A DNA stretch of 64,000 nucleotides from Alistipes sp. (GTDB lineage: Bacteria; Bacteroidota; Bacteroidia; Bacteroidales; Rikenellaceae), in NCBI GenBank assembly GCA_017408825.1, contig JAFQTX010000027.1:39406-103405 (forward strand). Direction: 5' to 3'. Position numbers and translations under genes: made by a program. Below the pieces are notes generated by a model, which saw only the letters and a program-made list of their open reading frames with translations, made no database searches and was not told where the DNA came from. Shown one piece after another: positions 19,369-29,005 of this stretch (position 1 is the first letter of the stretch; each line of letters opens with the position of its first letter).

Positions 19369-19710
19369 TTACTCACGTACGTAGTGAGGCATATCCTGAG
19401 GAATCTCCAACGAGAACTCCACTAAGCCAGCAACCTCGCCCGACTCGAACCAGGGTGCCTGGTAGATGAGCTTGCGGATACCACGCTTCTCAATAGTGTA
19501 GGCATTAACCTCGGCATTGGCCATAAGGCGGCTGATAATCTGGCGTGAGCGCTCCGAGTGGCAGGGTATCATCGACTTACCACGTACATCGCCATTGACC
19601 TCTATTGAGCGTTTGTTCTGGTAGAGCACAACGCCGTCAAGATCGGCAACTGTAATGGCGCAAGTCTTCAGGTGGTCGCCCCAGGGGCAACGCAGTGTTT
19701 CGAAATCCAT
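19369..19710 (-). CDS. Small stand-alone PAS-domain protein
   Basis: AITVADLDGVVLYQN..GKSMIPCH..YTIEK..LIYQAPW..GLVEFS. Confidence 0.75.
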   Translation of the reverse strand: MDFETLRCPWGDHLKTCAITVADLDGVVLYQNKRSIEVNGDVRGKSMIPCHSERSRQIISRLMANAEVNAYTIEKRGIRKLIYQAPWFESGEVAGLVEFSLEIPQDMPHYVRE

Positions 19711-19729
19711 AATCGTATCAGGTTAGTTA

Positions 19730-21946
19730 TTAGTTAATTCGGTATGCATTCCTGACGCCCTTGATGCGGCGCAACGAGTGTAGCAACATATCGACAATAT
19801 TAGCGCCTGGCACTTCGACCGTAAGCTGTGCCGAGGCCATACCATCGCCCTTAGGCAGATAGTTGATGCCACGCACCGAGAGCTTCAGCTCCTTGCTCGC
19901 TACATCCATAATGGTTGTCGCAAGGCCTGGGATGTCGGCAGCCGAGATGCCGATGGTCACACGGAAAGCACCCTGTGCATCATCTCTCCAGCGTGCCTCC
20001 ATAACACGATAGGGGTAGCGTTCGCGCATACGTCGAGCGTTGGGGCAGTCGCAGCGGTGGATGGTGATGCCTGCATTGATGGTGATAAAGCCGAAGACAC
20101 TATCTCCCTTGATGGGGTTGCAGCAACGACCGAATTTATACTCTATGTTGTTTATGCGTTCGTCGATAACAAGGGCATCGTTGGAGCGTCGTGGCTCCTC
20201 ACCACGCTCCTCACGTAGGCGTGCCTTGCGCTCCTCAACCTCGGCAGCCGCCTGACGACGCTCCTCGTCGGCCTGGCCCGAGAGCCAGCGCTGAAGTATC
20301 TCCTTGATGCTGAGAAGCTCAATCTTCTGGTCGGCAATCATCATATAGAGCTCGATGCCACGGCGTATCTTGAAGTGCTTGCATAGATAGGCAACAACCT
20401 CGTCGATAGTGAGCTCCATCTTCCAGTTCTTGAGCTTGCGCTCCAGCTCCTCACGACCTAAACGGGCGTGCTTCTGACGCTGCTCACGTAGGTAGGCACG
20501 TATGCGTGAGCGGGCCTTCTGCGTGACACATATAGTGAGCCAGTCGGCCTTAGGGGTCTGATCCTTGCGTGTGAGCACCTCGCATATGTCGCCATTGTGC
20601 AGCGTCTCCTTGATGGGAACTACACGCCCACCAACCTTTCCACCGACACATATTGCGCCTAATGAGGTGTGGATGTCGAATGCAAAGTCGAGTACCGTAG
20701 CACCCTCGGGGAGCTTGCGTATGTCGCCCGATGGGGTGAACACAAAGATCTCGCCCGACGAGGGCTTTGCCTCAAAACGGTGTGCGATAGACTCCGAGGT
20801 GGTATCCTCGAGAAGTTCACGTAGGCGGCCAAGCCACTCCTCAGCGCCCATGCCTCCCTGCTTAACACCCTTATACCTCCAGTGTGCGGCGATACCTCGC
20901 TCGGCAACCTCGTCCATACGCTCGGTGCGTATCTGCACCTCGACCCAGCGGCCACCCTCGCCAAGCACCGTGGTGTGGAGCGACTCGTAGCCATTCGACT
21001 TAGGGATAGATATCCAGTCACGCATACGCTCAGGATTTGGCGTATAGAGGCTTGTGACGTGAGAGTATACGGTCCAGCACTGTGCCTTCTCGACCTCAGG
21101 AGGACAGTCGATGATGATGCGTAGGGCAAAGATGTCGAAGACACCCTTGAAGCCTACACGTTGCTTACGCATCTTCTGGAATATCGAGAAGATAGACTTG
21201 GTGCGGCTCTTGATATGATACTTTATGCCGTCACGGTCGAGGAGTTCACGTACGGGGCGCAGGAAGCTCTCGATGAAGGCCATACGCTCGGTCTCGCTCT
21301 CTTTAAGCTCCTGAACGATATGATTGTATGACTCTGGCTCTAAATGCTTTAGCGACAAATCTTCAAGCTCGCTCTTGATGCTATATAGGCCGAGCTTATG
21401 TGCTATCTGGGCATAGAGATTAAGACTCTCCCAACTCTTCTTGCGGCGCTTCTTCTCAGGGAAGATGTCGAGCGAGCGCATAACCTCAAGTCTGTCGGCG
21501 AGCTTTATAAGGATGACACGGGGGTCCTCGGAGTAGCTAACGATCATATCACGAAAGTCCGAGGCCTGCTCCTTTGAGGCCTTGAGCTTGATGTCAGAAA
21601 TCTTGCACAGCGCAACAGTTATACCGAGGGTCTCCTCGCCATATTCACGGCGTATGGTGTCGATTATCTCGTTGAGATTGTCGTCGTGGTGCTGCATGGC
21701 CTCACGCACAACATCGTGGATGATGGCTGCGATCGTGGAGTTACGGCCCAAGCCTATCTCCTCGATGACGATGCGAGCAACAGCCACGCCGTGGTCGAGC
21801 ATAGGTGTAGCGTCGTAGCGCTGTAGCCCATCAAGCCGCTCGGCAGCAAAGCTGAGGGCGTGGTCCACCATCTGCTGTGTGTGCTCCGAGAAGTTAGAGG
21901 CTACAATATCACGTAGGGCACTATATCTTTGGTGTACGTTATTCAT
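19730..21946 (-). CDS. relA: Long RelA/SpoT homologue, (p)ppGpp synthetase
   Basis: IKLADRL, AHKLGL, SRTKSIFSI, DIFALR, PKSNGYESLHTT, EVQIRT, AAHWRYK; TGS domain, CC motif and ACT-like C-terminus. Confidence 0.93.
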   Translation of the reverse strand: MNNVHQRYSALRDIVASNFSEHTQQMVDHALSFAAERLDGLQRYDATPMLDHGVAVARIVIEEIGLGRNSTIAAIIHDVVREAMQHHDDNLNEIIDTIRREYGEETLGITVALCKISDIKLKASKEQASDFRDMIVSYSEDPRVILIKLADRLEVMRSLDIFPEKKRRKKSWESLNLYAQIAHKLGLYSIKSELEDLSLKHLEPESYNHIVQELKESETERMAFIESFLRPVRELLDRDGIKYHIKSRTKSIFSIFQKMRKQRVGFKGVFDIFALRIIIDCPPEVEKAQCWTVYSHVTSLYTPNPERMRDWISIPKSNGYESLHTTVLGEGGRWVEVQIRTERMDEVAERGIAAHWRYKGVKQGGMGAEEWLGRLRELLEDTTSESIAHRFEAKPSSGEIFVFTPSGDIRKLPEGATVLDFAFDIHTSLGAICVGGKVGGRVVPIKETLHNGDICEVLTRKDQTPKADWLTICVTQKARSRIRAYLREQRQKHARLGREELERKLKNWKMELTIDEVVAYLCKHFKIRRGIELYMMIADQKIELLSIKEILQRWLSGQADEERRQAAAEVEERKARLREERGEEPRRSNDALVIDERINNIEYKFGRCCNPIKGDSVFGFITINAGITIHRCDCPNARRMRERYPYRVMEARWRDDAQGAFRVTIGISAADIPGLATTIMDVASKELKLSVRGINYLPKGDGMASAQLTVEVPGANIVDMLLHSLRRIKGVRNAYRIN

Positions 21947-22748
21947 TCTCAGATGTTAGGTTTGCAGATTCATCTTCGATCCTCTTGCGCACGATGACAA
22001 GATCGTCGGCGCCAGGGGCATATAGTCGCTTCTCCCACTCGGTAAGGCGTCGCACAAAGTCGTTACGCTCAACCTCGAAGCCGGCCTCTCGTAGGCGGTC
22101 GTCGTAGTCACGGCCATATACTCGGCGGTGGTCATACTGCCCGAAGAGGCGTGTGCGCTCCTTAGGGTCGGTGATGGAGTTATCCTCGTAGGTGGTCTCT
22201 CGCTCACGATCCTCGGGTACAAGGAGTATGCCCCAGCCTCCAGGGCGTAGGATGCGATATAACTCGCTCAGAGCACGACGGTCATCCTCGACATGCTCGA
22301 GAAGATGGTTGCATATAATGACATCGACCGACGAGGCTGGAAGAGGTATATCCTGCACGTCGAAATGCTTGTCGGCAATGGGCGACTCAAGGTCGGCAGT
22401 GATATACTTGTCGCTTGAGGCATACAGCTCCTTGAAGTGTTGCATCAGCGACTGCTCGGGGGCGATGTGCAACAAGCGTGGAAGACTCTTGAAGAGGTCG
22501 GTATTACGCTCCATCCAGAGCCAAATCATACGGTGTCGCTCAAGCGATAGACAGCTTGGGCATAGGGCATCTTCGCGTGTCTCTACATAGCCATATGGCA
22601 TAAAGCGACGATAGCGTGCACCACATATAGGGCACTCACGACCACGCCCCTTGTAGAATAGACCTAACACAGGCACTGCCCAGCCAGCAATGCGGTGTAG
22701 GAACTTACGTGGGAAGATGTTAAGACTTAATCGAATCAGATGTTTCAT
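21939..22748 (-). CDS. Class I SAM-dependent methyltransferase
   Basis: CPICG..CPSCLSLERHR, LHIAPE, DVIICNHLLEHVEDD, RILRPGG, FGQYDHRRVYG. Confidence 0.85.
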   Translation of the reverse strand: MKHLIRLSLNIFPRKFLHRIAGWAVPVLGLFYKGRGRECPICGARYRRFMPYGYVETREDALCPSCLSLERHRMIWLWMERNTDLFKSLPRLLHIAPEQSLMQHFKELYASSDKYITADLESPIADKHFDVQDIPLPASSVDVIICNHLLEHVEDDRRALSELYRILRPGGWGILLVPEDRERETTYEDNSITDPKERTRLFGQYDHRRVYGRDYDDRLREAGFEVERNDFVRRLTEWEKRLYAPGADDLVIVRKRIEDESANLTSENE

Positions 22749-22945
22749 TCTTCATCGGGATTTATTAGACGCTCGACCTCAGACTCGGTGCGACTGAGAA
22801 TCGTGCGACACTCTGCAATTAGTTGTGTGGCTCGGGCAACATTGCTCGAGAGCTCGTCAACGCTCATCTGGCCCGAGCGTAGGCGGGCTAATATTTGCTC
22901 TACCTCAGCCATAGCCTCGGAATATTTTATCTTCTTGGTAGCCAT
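22745..22945 (-). CDS. xseB: Exodeoxyribonuclease VII small subunit
   Basis: YSEAMAEVEQIL..MSVDEL..RATQLIAEC; coupled to xseA. Confidence 0.9.
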   Translation of the reverse strand: MATKKIKYSEAMAEVEQILARLRSGQMSVDELSSNVARATQLIAECRTILSRTESEVERLINPDEE

Positions 22946-24222
22946 TATATTGTGTTTATATGTTTGCTTTGCACGTTGGCCGTGAGCTCACCGCCACTTA
23001 TCTCTATATTAACGCTCGCACCAAGCTCAATAGTATCTATGTCGATGGTTCTTCCCTCGGCATCACGCACTATGGCAAAGCCTCGGCTGAGGATGTTGCG
23101 AGGGTTGTGGCTTGCGACAATATCGTCAATGGCATCGAGCCTCTGATGCTGACTGCAAACCATATGTCGAGCCTCCGACGTGATACTCTCCTCGAGGGTG
23201 TCGAGGCGATGTTGTAGACCGCTGAGCATCACCACGCAGTTGCGTGATAGCTCCGAGCCGACCTGTTCAATGGTAATGCGTTCGCCATTTATGCGTGCCA
23301 CAACTCCATCACGCAACGCTTGGGCGTAATACTCGATGCGAGCCATCTCGTTATCGGCCATCTCGACCAGAGTGGTGGCCACCGCCGTGGGGGTCTTACA
23401 CGCAGTGTGCGCAACCATATCCACCACCGATATATCCTTATCGTGTCCGATGCCCGTAAATACGGGTAGCGGAAACCCAGCTACGTGTGAGGCGATGGCA
23501 TATGAGTCAAAGAGTGCAAGGTCGCTGGTTGAACCGCCACCACGAAGAATTGCCACGATGTCGAACTCATCCTCACGCTCGGCAATGGCATACATTGCTC
23601 GTAGAATACTCTCCTCGGCAGCATCACCCTGCATAAGGCTCTCGAAGAGAGTGAGTTCAAAGCGGTATGATGAGCGTGAAATCTCCATCACAAAGTCACG
23701 ATAACCCGCCGCCGTGCCACTCGACACAATAGCAATACGCAGTGTTGGTGGCGTGAGCTCGAGCTCGTGGTTCATATCCCAGAGACCATCGGCCTTAAGC
23801 TGCTCGATAGTCTGGCGACGGCGACGCTCCACCTCGCCAAGCGAGTAGTCGGTGTTGATGTCGAGAATTTGTAGCGAGAAGCCGTAGACCTCGTGGTAGG
23901 TGACCATAACATTGACCATCACGCTTATGCCCGCACTGAGCTGAGCACCCGTGGCACGCTCAAACTTTGCGCTTATCGCAGCGTAGGTCGATCTCCATAT
24001 CACGGCACGTGCTTCGGCACGTGGTGTGGCGCTTCCCTCACCCTTCTCAACGAGGTTGAGATAGCAGTGTCCCGAACGATTGACCTTAAGCTCGGAGATC
24101 TCGGCATTGAGCCACAAGGGCCTATCAAATCGACTCTCAAGCGTGGCTCGTACCATGCGCTGAAGGTCGAGAAGGGTAAGGCTCTCGGACTCCGAAGTAT
24201 ATATGTTAAGGTTTTCGTTCAT
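22945..24222 (-). CDS. xseA: Exodeoxyribonuclease VII large subunit
   Basis: AEISEL..SGHCYLNL, ILRGGGS, TGIGHDKD, KTPTA, NPRNILSRGFA. Confidence 0.95.
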   Translation of the reverse strand: MNENLNIYTSESESLTLLDLQRMVRATLESRFDRPLWLNAEISELKVNRSGHCYLNLVEKGEGSATPRAEARAVIWRSTYAAISAKFERATGAQLSAGISVMVNVMVTYHEVYGFSLQILDINTDYSLGEVERRRRQTIEQLKADGLWDMNHELELTPPTLRIAIVSSGTAAGYRDFVMEISRSSYRFELTLFESLMQGDAAEESILRAMYAIAEREDEFDIVAILRGGGSTSDLALFDSYAIASHVAGFPLPVFTGIGHDKDISVVDMVAHTACKTPTAVATTLVEMADNEMARIEYYAQALRDGVVARINGERITIEQVGSELSRNCVVMLSGLQHRLDTLEESITSEARHMVCSQHQRLDAIDDIVASHNPRNILSRGFAIVRDAEGRTIDIDTIELGASVNIEISGGELTANVQSKHINTI

Positions 24223-24228
24223 AATATG

Positions 24229-24771
24229 TTATCTAAAAATCACTCCGGGCTCTACGGGGAGACTTTCGCCCTCGGGGAGTAGGAGGTTTACAAGGTGCGT
24301 ACTCTCGACACTACGACCATCACGAAGTGCCGGTTGCCAGCGTGGCGCCTGAGCAATAGCCTGCTCAACACGGCGTAAAAACTGGCGTGAGGTGGCCTGC
24401 AAAATCTTATCTATCGTCACACGACCCTCGCCATCGACCTTGATGCGTAGTGATACTCGCTCGGCCGGTTGCTTATCGCTCCAGCGAACACTCTTGGCAA
24501 GGTAGGTGGTGAAGTTGTCGAAGCCCTCATATTTGAAGTGTGCAGGGGTGTCGTAGCGCAGCGTAACGAGGATAACCCCCTCGGAGGCCTCTACACCCCA
24601 CTTAGCCACGGTCTCCTCGTCGGCAGGGAGCACATCAATACGCTCGATATCCTCCTGAGCTATATGCTCGATGCTCTCGACGATAGTGCCATTGACAACA
24701 TACATAGGACCTCGGGCGCTGAGTGTTGTAGCACCTAATACGAGGAGTATGATAAGTGATAGTCGTCGCAT
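24229..24771 (-). CDS. Exported protein with TonB-receptor plug-like segment and TonB C-terminal-like domain
   Basis: Signal peptide; PMYVVNG..EDIERIDVL..WGVEASEGVILVT; RVSLRIKVDGEGRV..APRWQPA. Confidence 0.6.
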   Translation of the reverse strand: MRRLSLIILLVLGATTLSARGPMYVVNGTIVESIEHIAQEDIERIDVLPADEETVAKWGVEASEGVILVTLRYDTPAHFKYEGFDNFTTYLAKSVRWSDKQPAERVSLRIKVDGEGRVTIDKILQATSRQFLRRVEQAIAQAPRWQPALRDGRSVESTHLVNLLLPEGESLPVEPGVIFR

Positions 24772-24774
24772 GGC

Positions 24775-25551
24775 TTAGAGCTTAAATTTGTATGAGATGC
24801 CGAAGATGTGGCGATGATCATTCTCCTGAACATAACCCTTCAAATCTCCCTTATTTCCCTTGTAATCAATGTTATATCCTCGGTCGTAGTCGAAGTAGTA
24901 GTAGAAGTCGAGTCGGTTGTTACGATCGATGCGTAGCTTTGCTCCGATGCCTGCACGGTAACGTGACACGTAGTTGTCGGTAGATAGCGTTGCCTCCTTA
25001 TAGTTTTCGACCACCTTTGGTGCGTTGAGCGTGTTGTTGAGCTCAAACATCAGGTATGGCGTCCAGCGTGAGTGGCGGATGTTATACTCAACCTTAAAGC
25101 GTGAGCGGAGTATCAACTCGGGGTTCATCTTCTCAAACCTATTCACTGAGTCGGTACGGAAGGTTGTCTGCACCCTCTCACGTAGCGAGAGAGCGAAGCG
25201 TCCCGCCTTGATATTACCCTCTATATTGGCATTTATACGGTGGCGGGGCTTCTCCCAGCGACCCACCTCGTGGCCATTGATAAGCACGTAGTCGGCGCCA
25301 ATATTGAAGTATTTGATAGGCTCGTACTTCAGCCCCACGGCACTCTGTATGCGGTCTACGGTGGCAAAATCGTTCTTAAGACGCATCTGCACCGAGGCCT
25401 CGAGGCTTAGGTCCTTGGCGACCTCCCACTCGAAAGCACCCTCAATGCGACCACGAAAGTCGTTGGTATTTTGTACCGCGGGGGTAAACTCCTGTGCCGA
25501 GAGCGATGCTACGACAAGGAGGAGGGATATTGTTGATAGTAACTTTTTCAT
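24775..25551 (-). CDS. DUF2490-like outer-membrane beta-barrel protein
   Basis: Signal peptide; amphipathic strands; LSLRERVQ, LRSRFKVEYNI..TPY; terminal YKFKL; next to DUF4956/VTC genes. Confidence 0.7.
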   Translation of the reverse strand: MKKLLSTISLLLVVASLSAQEFTPAVQNTNDFRGRIEGAFEWEVAKDLSLEASVQMRLKNDFATVDRIQSAVGLKYEPIKYFNIGADYVLINGHEVGRWEKPRHRINANIEGNIKAGRFALSLRERVQTTFRTDSVNRFEKMNPELILRSRFKVEYNIRHSRWTPYLMFELNNTLNAPKVVENYKEATLSTDNYVSRYRAGIGAKLRIDRNNRLDFYYYFDYDRGYNIDYKGNKGDLKGYVQENDHRHIFGISYKFKL

Positions 25552-25561
25552 ACTGAGGCTT

Positions 25562-26311
25562 TTATGCGTTAAATGAGTTCTTCTCGTTTATCTTCATTGT
25601 AGGCTCGGTCATAGGCTGCTCGCCACGCTCGGGGGTGTAGTGTACCTTGATGAAGGCCACGTCACGAAGGAAGTCCACGTTGCCAATGTCCACGCTATTA
25701 ACCTTATGGCCGAGGCGCTCCTCGAGGTCGGCGATAAGCTCTGCTCGGCGCTCGGGGCGTATAAGCTCGATGCGCTCGTAGCAAACGAGGCGTGTGGCAG
25801 TACGACCACGCATCACAATGCCCTCAAGTACGGCTAATACCGCAAGGATGAGTAGGTTTGCGACCAGTAATTCGGCATACGACACCATAAGATTGCTGCC
25901 ATTAATCACCGCCGTGGCAATAGTTAGGAAGAGGTAGGTCATCTCACGAATAGGCACCATCTCCGTACGGTAGCGCATAATGCCGAAGATCATAAACAGA
26001 CCCAGGCCAATGCTTACGTCGATACCGACGCTCTTCATAAAGAAGAGTAGCAGGAAGACCGACGTAGAGAAGAGTACGAACGTGACGGCAAAATCCTTGC
26101 GATGGCTCTTGGGGTAGTAGAAATAGCGCACGATGATGAAGCATACGACAAGGTTTATGAAGAATTGCAATGCCAGCTGCATAAGCGATGTGGTATCGCA
26201 CAGAGGGATACCAAGCATCGTAGCTCCTACCTCGCCATCACTACCTGTCAAGGCCGCAATATCGGCATCGAACAAATCGGGGTTTACACCCTCGCCATCA
26301 AATGTTGTCAT
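25562..26311 (-). CDS. DUF4956 membrane protein
   Basis: YFYYPKS, GLGLFMIFGIMRYRTEMVPIREMTYLF, YERIELIRPERRAELIADLEERLG. Confidence 0.88.
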   Translation of the reverse strand: MTTFDGEGVNPDLFDADIAALTGSDGEVGATMLGIPLCDTTSLMQLALQFFINLVVCFIIVRYFYYPKSHRKDFAVTFVLFSTSVFLLLFFMKSVGIDVSIGLGLFMIFGIMRYRTEMVPIREMTYLFLTIATAVINGSNLMVSYAELLVANLLILAVLAVLEGIVMRGRTATRLVCYERIELIRPERRAELIADLEERLGHKVNSVDIGNVDFLRDVAFIKVHYTPERGEQPMTEPTMKINEKNSFNA

Positions 26312-26313
26312 AG

Positions 26314-27108
26314 TTATTTTCGGTTTAGTCGTTTGTTAATACTTTGTAGCTTCGCCTTGAAGCGGTTACGCTTGATGCCATCGACAGTAAGCGTAGTGCC
26401 AAGGCAGTATTTGCTCACCTTGAGTGGTGGTATGCGCATATCTCGAAGGATGAGCTTCGTGAGAGATGTTACGTTACCATCCTGTTTTATCTCAACAATG
26501 GCCATGTCGGGGATGGAGGCTTGCTTACCGCTACGTATATCCTCATACTCAAGCTCAAGGTCGATGGTGATACGTTCGGTGAGCGTAGGGTTTACGAGCG
26601 TGATGCGTGTGAAGCGTGTGGTGAGCGCCGGCATAAGCTCCGAAATCTGATATGCAGAGTGTGTGCCCAGCAGTTTAACCGCCTCACAGTCGAGGTTGAA
26701 CGAGCTAAAATGCTCGGTGGCTATCTCGGTGCGGCGTTTCTTCGTACGCCCACGGTTGCTCTTGCTCTTTATCTCGAAGAAGGTTGTGTTGCTCTCGACG
26801 TAGGTGCGTGTTCGAAGCTTCTGGCGACATAGCTTGCGGTTGTGGTGCTGGCGGAACATCTCTCGCTCCGAGGTGTCGTAGTAGAGCGTGACATAGCGGC
26901 AGGCACGCACACCGTCGATGATCTGCACGTAGTAGTCGTTGTCGGCAGCTGCAGCGATAAGGCGTAGCACCTCGTCGTAGCTAAGCACATACTTGGTGTC
27001 GATGCGGTTCATAAGCTTGACACTACGCATCTGGCTGAGCGAGATGCTCCTCATCCGCTGCCACAGCTCCAGGCTGTTGAGATCGTCGTATGTCAAGATG
27101 TTGGTCAT
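26314..27108 (-). CDS. VTC (polyphosphate polymerase / CYTH-like) domain protein
   Basis: LMNRIDTKY, TLYYDT, RQKLRTRTY, FFEIKSK, ERITID, VEIK, SKYC. Confidence 0.9.
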   Translation of the reverse strand: MTNILTYDDLNSLELWQRMRSISLSQMRSVKLMNRIDTKYVLSYDEVLRLIAAAADNDYYVQIIDGVRACRYVTLYYDTSEREMFRQHHNRKLCRQKLRTRTYVESNTTFFEIKSKSNRGRTKKRRTEIATEHFSSFNLDCEAVKLLGTHSAYQISELMPALTTRFTRITLVNPTLTERITIDLELEYEDIRSGKQASIPDMAIVEIKQDGNVTSLTKLILRDMRIPPLKVSKYCLGTTLTVDGIKRNRFKAKLQSINKRLNRK

Positions 27109-27112
27109 CGGC

Positions 27113-27538
27113 TTACTCGTAGATAAATTCGAACTGACGGTATGAGTTTAGTACTCCGTTGGCGCTATAATTGAGGCGGCGAACGCAGGCGCCCGAGCTG
27201 TCGTACTCAAACTTACGCACCTTCGAGGGCTTATTGCGCTCGTTGTATAGGATCTCCTTCTCGAGCTGACCCTTGTCGTTGTAGAAGTACTCAGAGCGCC
27301 ACGATAGGCTACGGCCATAGTCGCTGTACTCCCGCTCCTCGATGAGCTGTCCCTGGGCATTGTATATCTCGATGTGGTCTACCCACTTGTTCTTGCCGTC
27401 GGGCGTTGTCTTCCACTCCTTGACCGTGAGCTTCTTGCCACGTGCCTTGGCGTGTGTTGCGCGCTCGGGGTAGTCGGCCGAGGCTGATACCGTGACCGCC
27501 AATAGCAGTAGTGTGAGTATGATGTGTAGTCGTTTCAT
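27113..27538 (-). CDS. Small exported protein with YD-like repeats
   Basis: Signal peptide; YNAQGQLIEE, YNDKGQLEKE, YDSSGACV. Confidence 0.6.
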   Translation of the reverse strand: MKRLHIILTLLLLAVTVSASADYPERATHAKARGKKLTVKEWKTTPDGKNKWVDHIEIYNAQGQLIEEREYSDYGRSLSWRSEYFYNDKGQLEKEILYNERNKPSKVRKFEYDSSGACVRRLNYSANGVLNSYRQFEFIYE

Positions 27539-27556
27539 GGTAGTGTCGATATAACC

Positions 27557-27594
27557 AAAAAACGACCTCGCCCCACGAAGGACAGGTCGTTTTT
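27557..27594 (-). terminator. Terminator after prfA
   Basis: AAAAAACGACCT...AGGTCGTTTTT stem with flanking A/T runs. Confidence 0.7.
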
Positions 27595-27630
27595 ATTGTG
27601 TGTAACTCAGATAAAATCTTTGTCCTTCGC

Positions 27631-28716
27631 CTACAACTCGCTCTCCTTCAATCGCTCGGCATTCTCAGCCACAATGAGCTGGTCGATGACATCCTGAATG
27701 TCGCCGTCCATAAATGCTGAGAGGTTGTAGATGGTGTAGTTGATACGGTGGTCGGTAATTCGGCCCTGAGGGTAGTTGTACGTACGAATTTTCGCAGAGC
27801 GGTCGCCCGTAGATACCATCGTCTTGCGCTTCGATGCAATCTCGTCGAGATACTTCGAGTACTCGAGGTTGAACACTCGTGTACGCAACTCCTCGAAGGC
27901 CTTGTCGAAGTTCTTAAGCTGCGACTTCTGATCCTGACACTGCACAACAATGCCAGTAGGGATGTGCGTAAGACGGATTGCTGAGTAGGTGGTGTTTACC
28001 GACTGGCCGCCAGGACCCGATGCACAGAAGATATCCTTGCGGATGTCGTTCATCGAGATCTCGATGTCGAACTCCTCGGCCTCAGGAAGAACTGCTACCG
28101 ATGCTGCTGAGGTGTGGACACGTCCCTGAGTCTCGGTCTGTGGTACACGCTGTACACGGTGCACGCCCGACTCATACTTCAGGGTGCCATATACGCTCTG
28201 GCCAGTAACCTTGAGCACCACCTCCTTGTAACCACCCGCTGCGCCATCCGACGATGAGGTGATCTCATAGCGCCAACCCTTCGACTCGATGTACTTGGTG
28301 TACATACGTAGTAGGTCGCCAGCGAAGATCGCTGCCTCGTCGCCACCGGTGCCACCACGAATCTCGACAATAGCATTCTTGTCGTCCTGGGGGTCTTTGG
28401 GAATAAGCAACAGCTTAATCTCCTCCTCCATCTTCTCGATGGCGGGCTCGAGCGTTGCAATCTCTTCACGTGCTATCTCACGGAACTCCTCGTCCTTCTC
28501 GTTAGCCATAACATCCTTAGCCTCAGCGAGGTTGGCAATCGCTGTGCGGAAGCGCTCCGATGTCTCGATGATTGGCTCAAGCTCCTTATACTCCTTGGTG
28601 AGCTGAACGAACTGCTTAACGTCGGCAATAACCTCAGGGTCGGTGAGCTTCTGACCTATCTCCTCATACTTTAGGCGGAGGCCGTCGAGACGAATCAATA
28701 TTGAATTATCAGCCAT
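27631..28716 (-). CDS. prfA: Peptide chain release factor 1
   Basis: EIRGGTGGDEA, ESGVHRVQRVPQTE (PxT motif), SGPGGQSVN, IRTYNYPQGR. Confidence 0.98.
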   Translation of the reverse strand: MADNSILIRLDGLRLKYEEIGQKLTDPEVIADVKQFVQLTKEYKELEPIIETSERFRTAIANLAEAKDVMANEKDEEFREIAREEIATLEPAIEKMEEEIKLLLIPKDPQDDKNAIVEIRGGTGGDEAAIFAGDLLRMYTKYIESKGWRYEITSSSDGAAGGYKEVVLKVTGQSVYGTLKYESGVHRVQRVPQTETQGRVHTSAASVAVLPEAEEFDIEISMNDIRKDIFCASGPGGQSVNTTYSAIRLTHIPTGIVVQCQDQKSQLKNFDKAFEELRTRVFNLEYSKYLDEIASKRKTMVSTGDRSAKIRTYNYPQGRITDHRINYTIYNLSAFMDGDIQDVIDQLIVAENAERLKESEL

Positions 28717-28756
28717 AATGCTATTTTAATACCTCTATAAATTACTATTTCGTGCG

Positions 28757-28764
28757 CAAATATA
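28757..28764 (-). promoter_or_regulatory. prfA promoter -7 element
   Basis: TATATTTG on the minus strand, about 40 nt upstream of the ATG. Confidence 0.65.
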
Positions 28765-28965
28765 ACGAAAAATTTTCATTTTCAGTGCTATGCACGCCAT
28801 CTTTATGCACTTTTGATCTCAATGTCGGCTCTTCGGGAGATTATAGAGGCTTCTCCAGTAGGATTGTGTCGAACTCACAAAAATAAATTTTTCGGCTAAT
28901 GTATTGGTAGTTAAAAAGTTTGATTTGTTTCCAAAATTTTTGGTAAAAAAATTTAACAAAAAGAC

Positions 28966-29005
28966 TTGACAAACGCTTTTTGATGTTGTATATTTGCACT
29001 GTCAA
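28966..29005 (+). promoter_or_regulatory. Promoter of the phage-like operon (-33 TTG, -7 TATATTTG) bracketed by a TTGACA/TGTCAA inverted repeat
   Basis: TTG at 28966-28968, 20 nt spacer, TATATTTG at 28989-28996; TGTCAA at 29000-29005. Confidence 0.65.
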
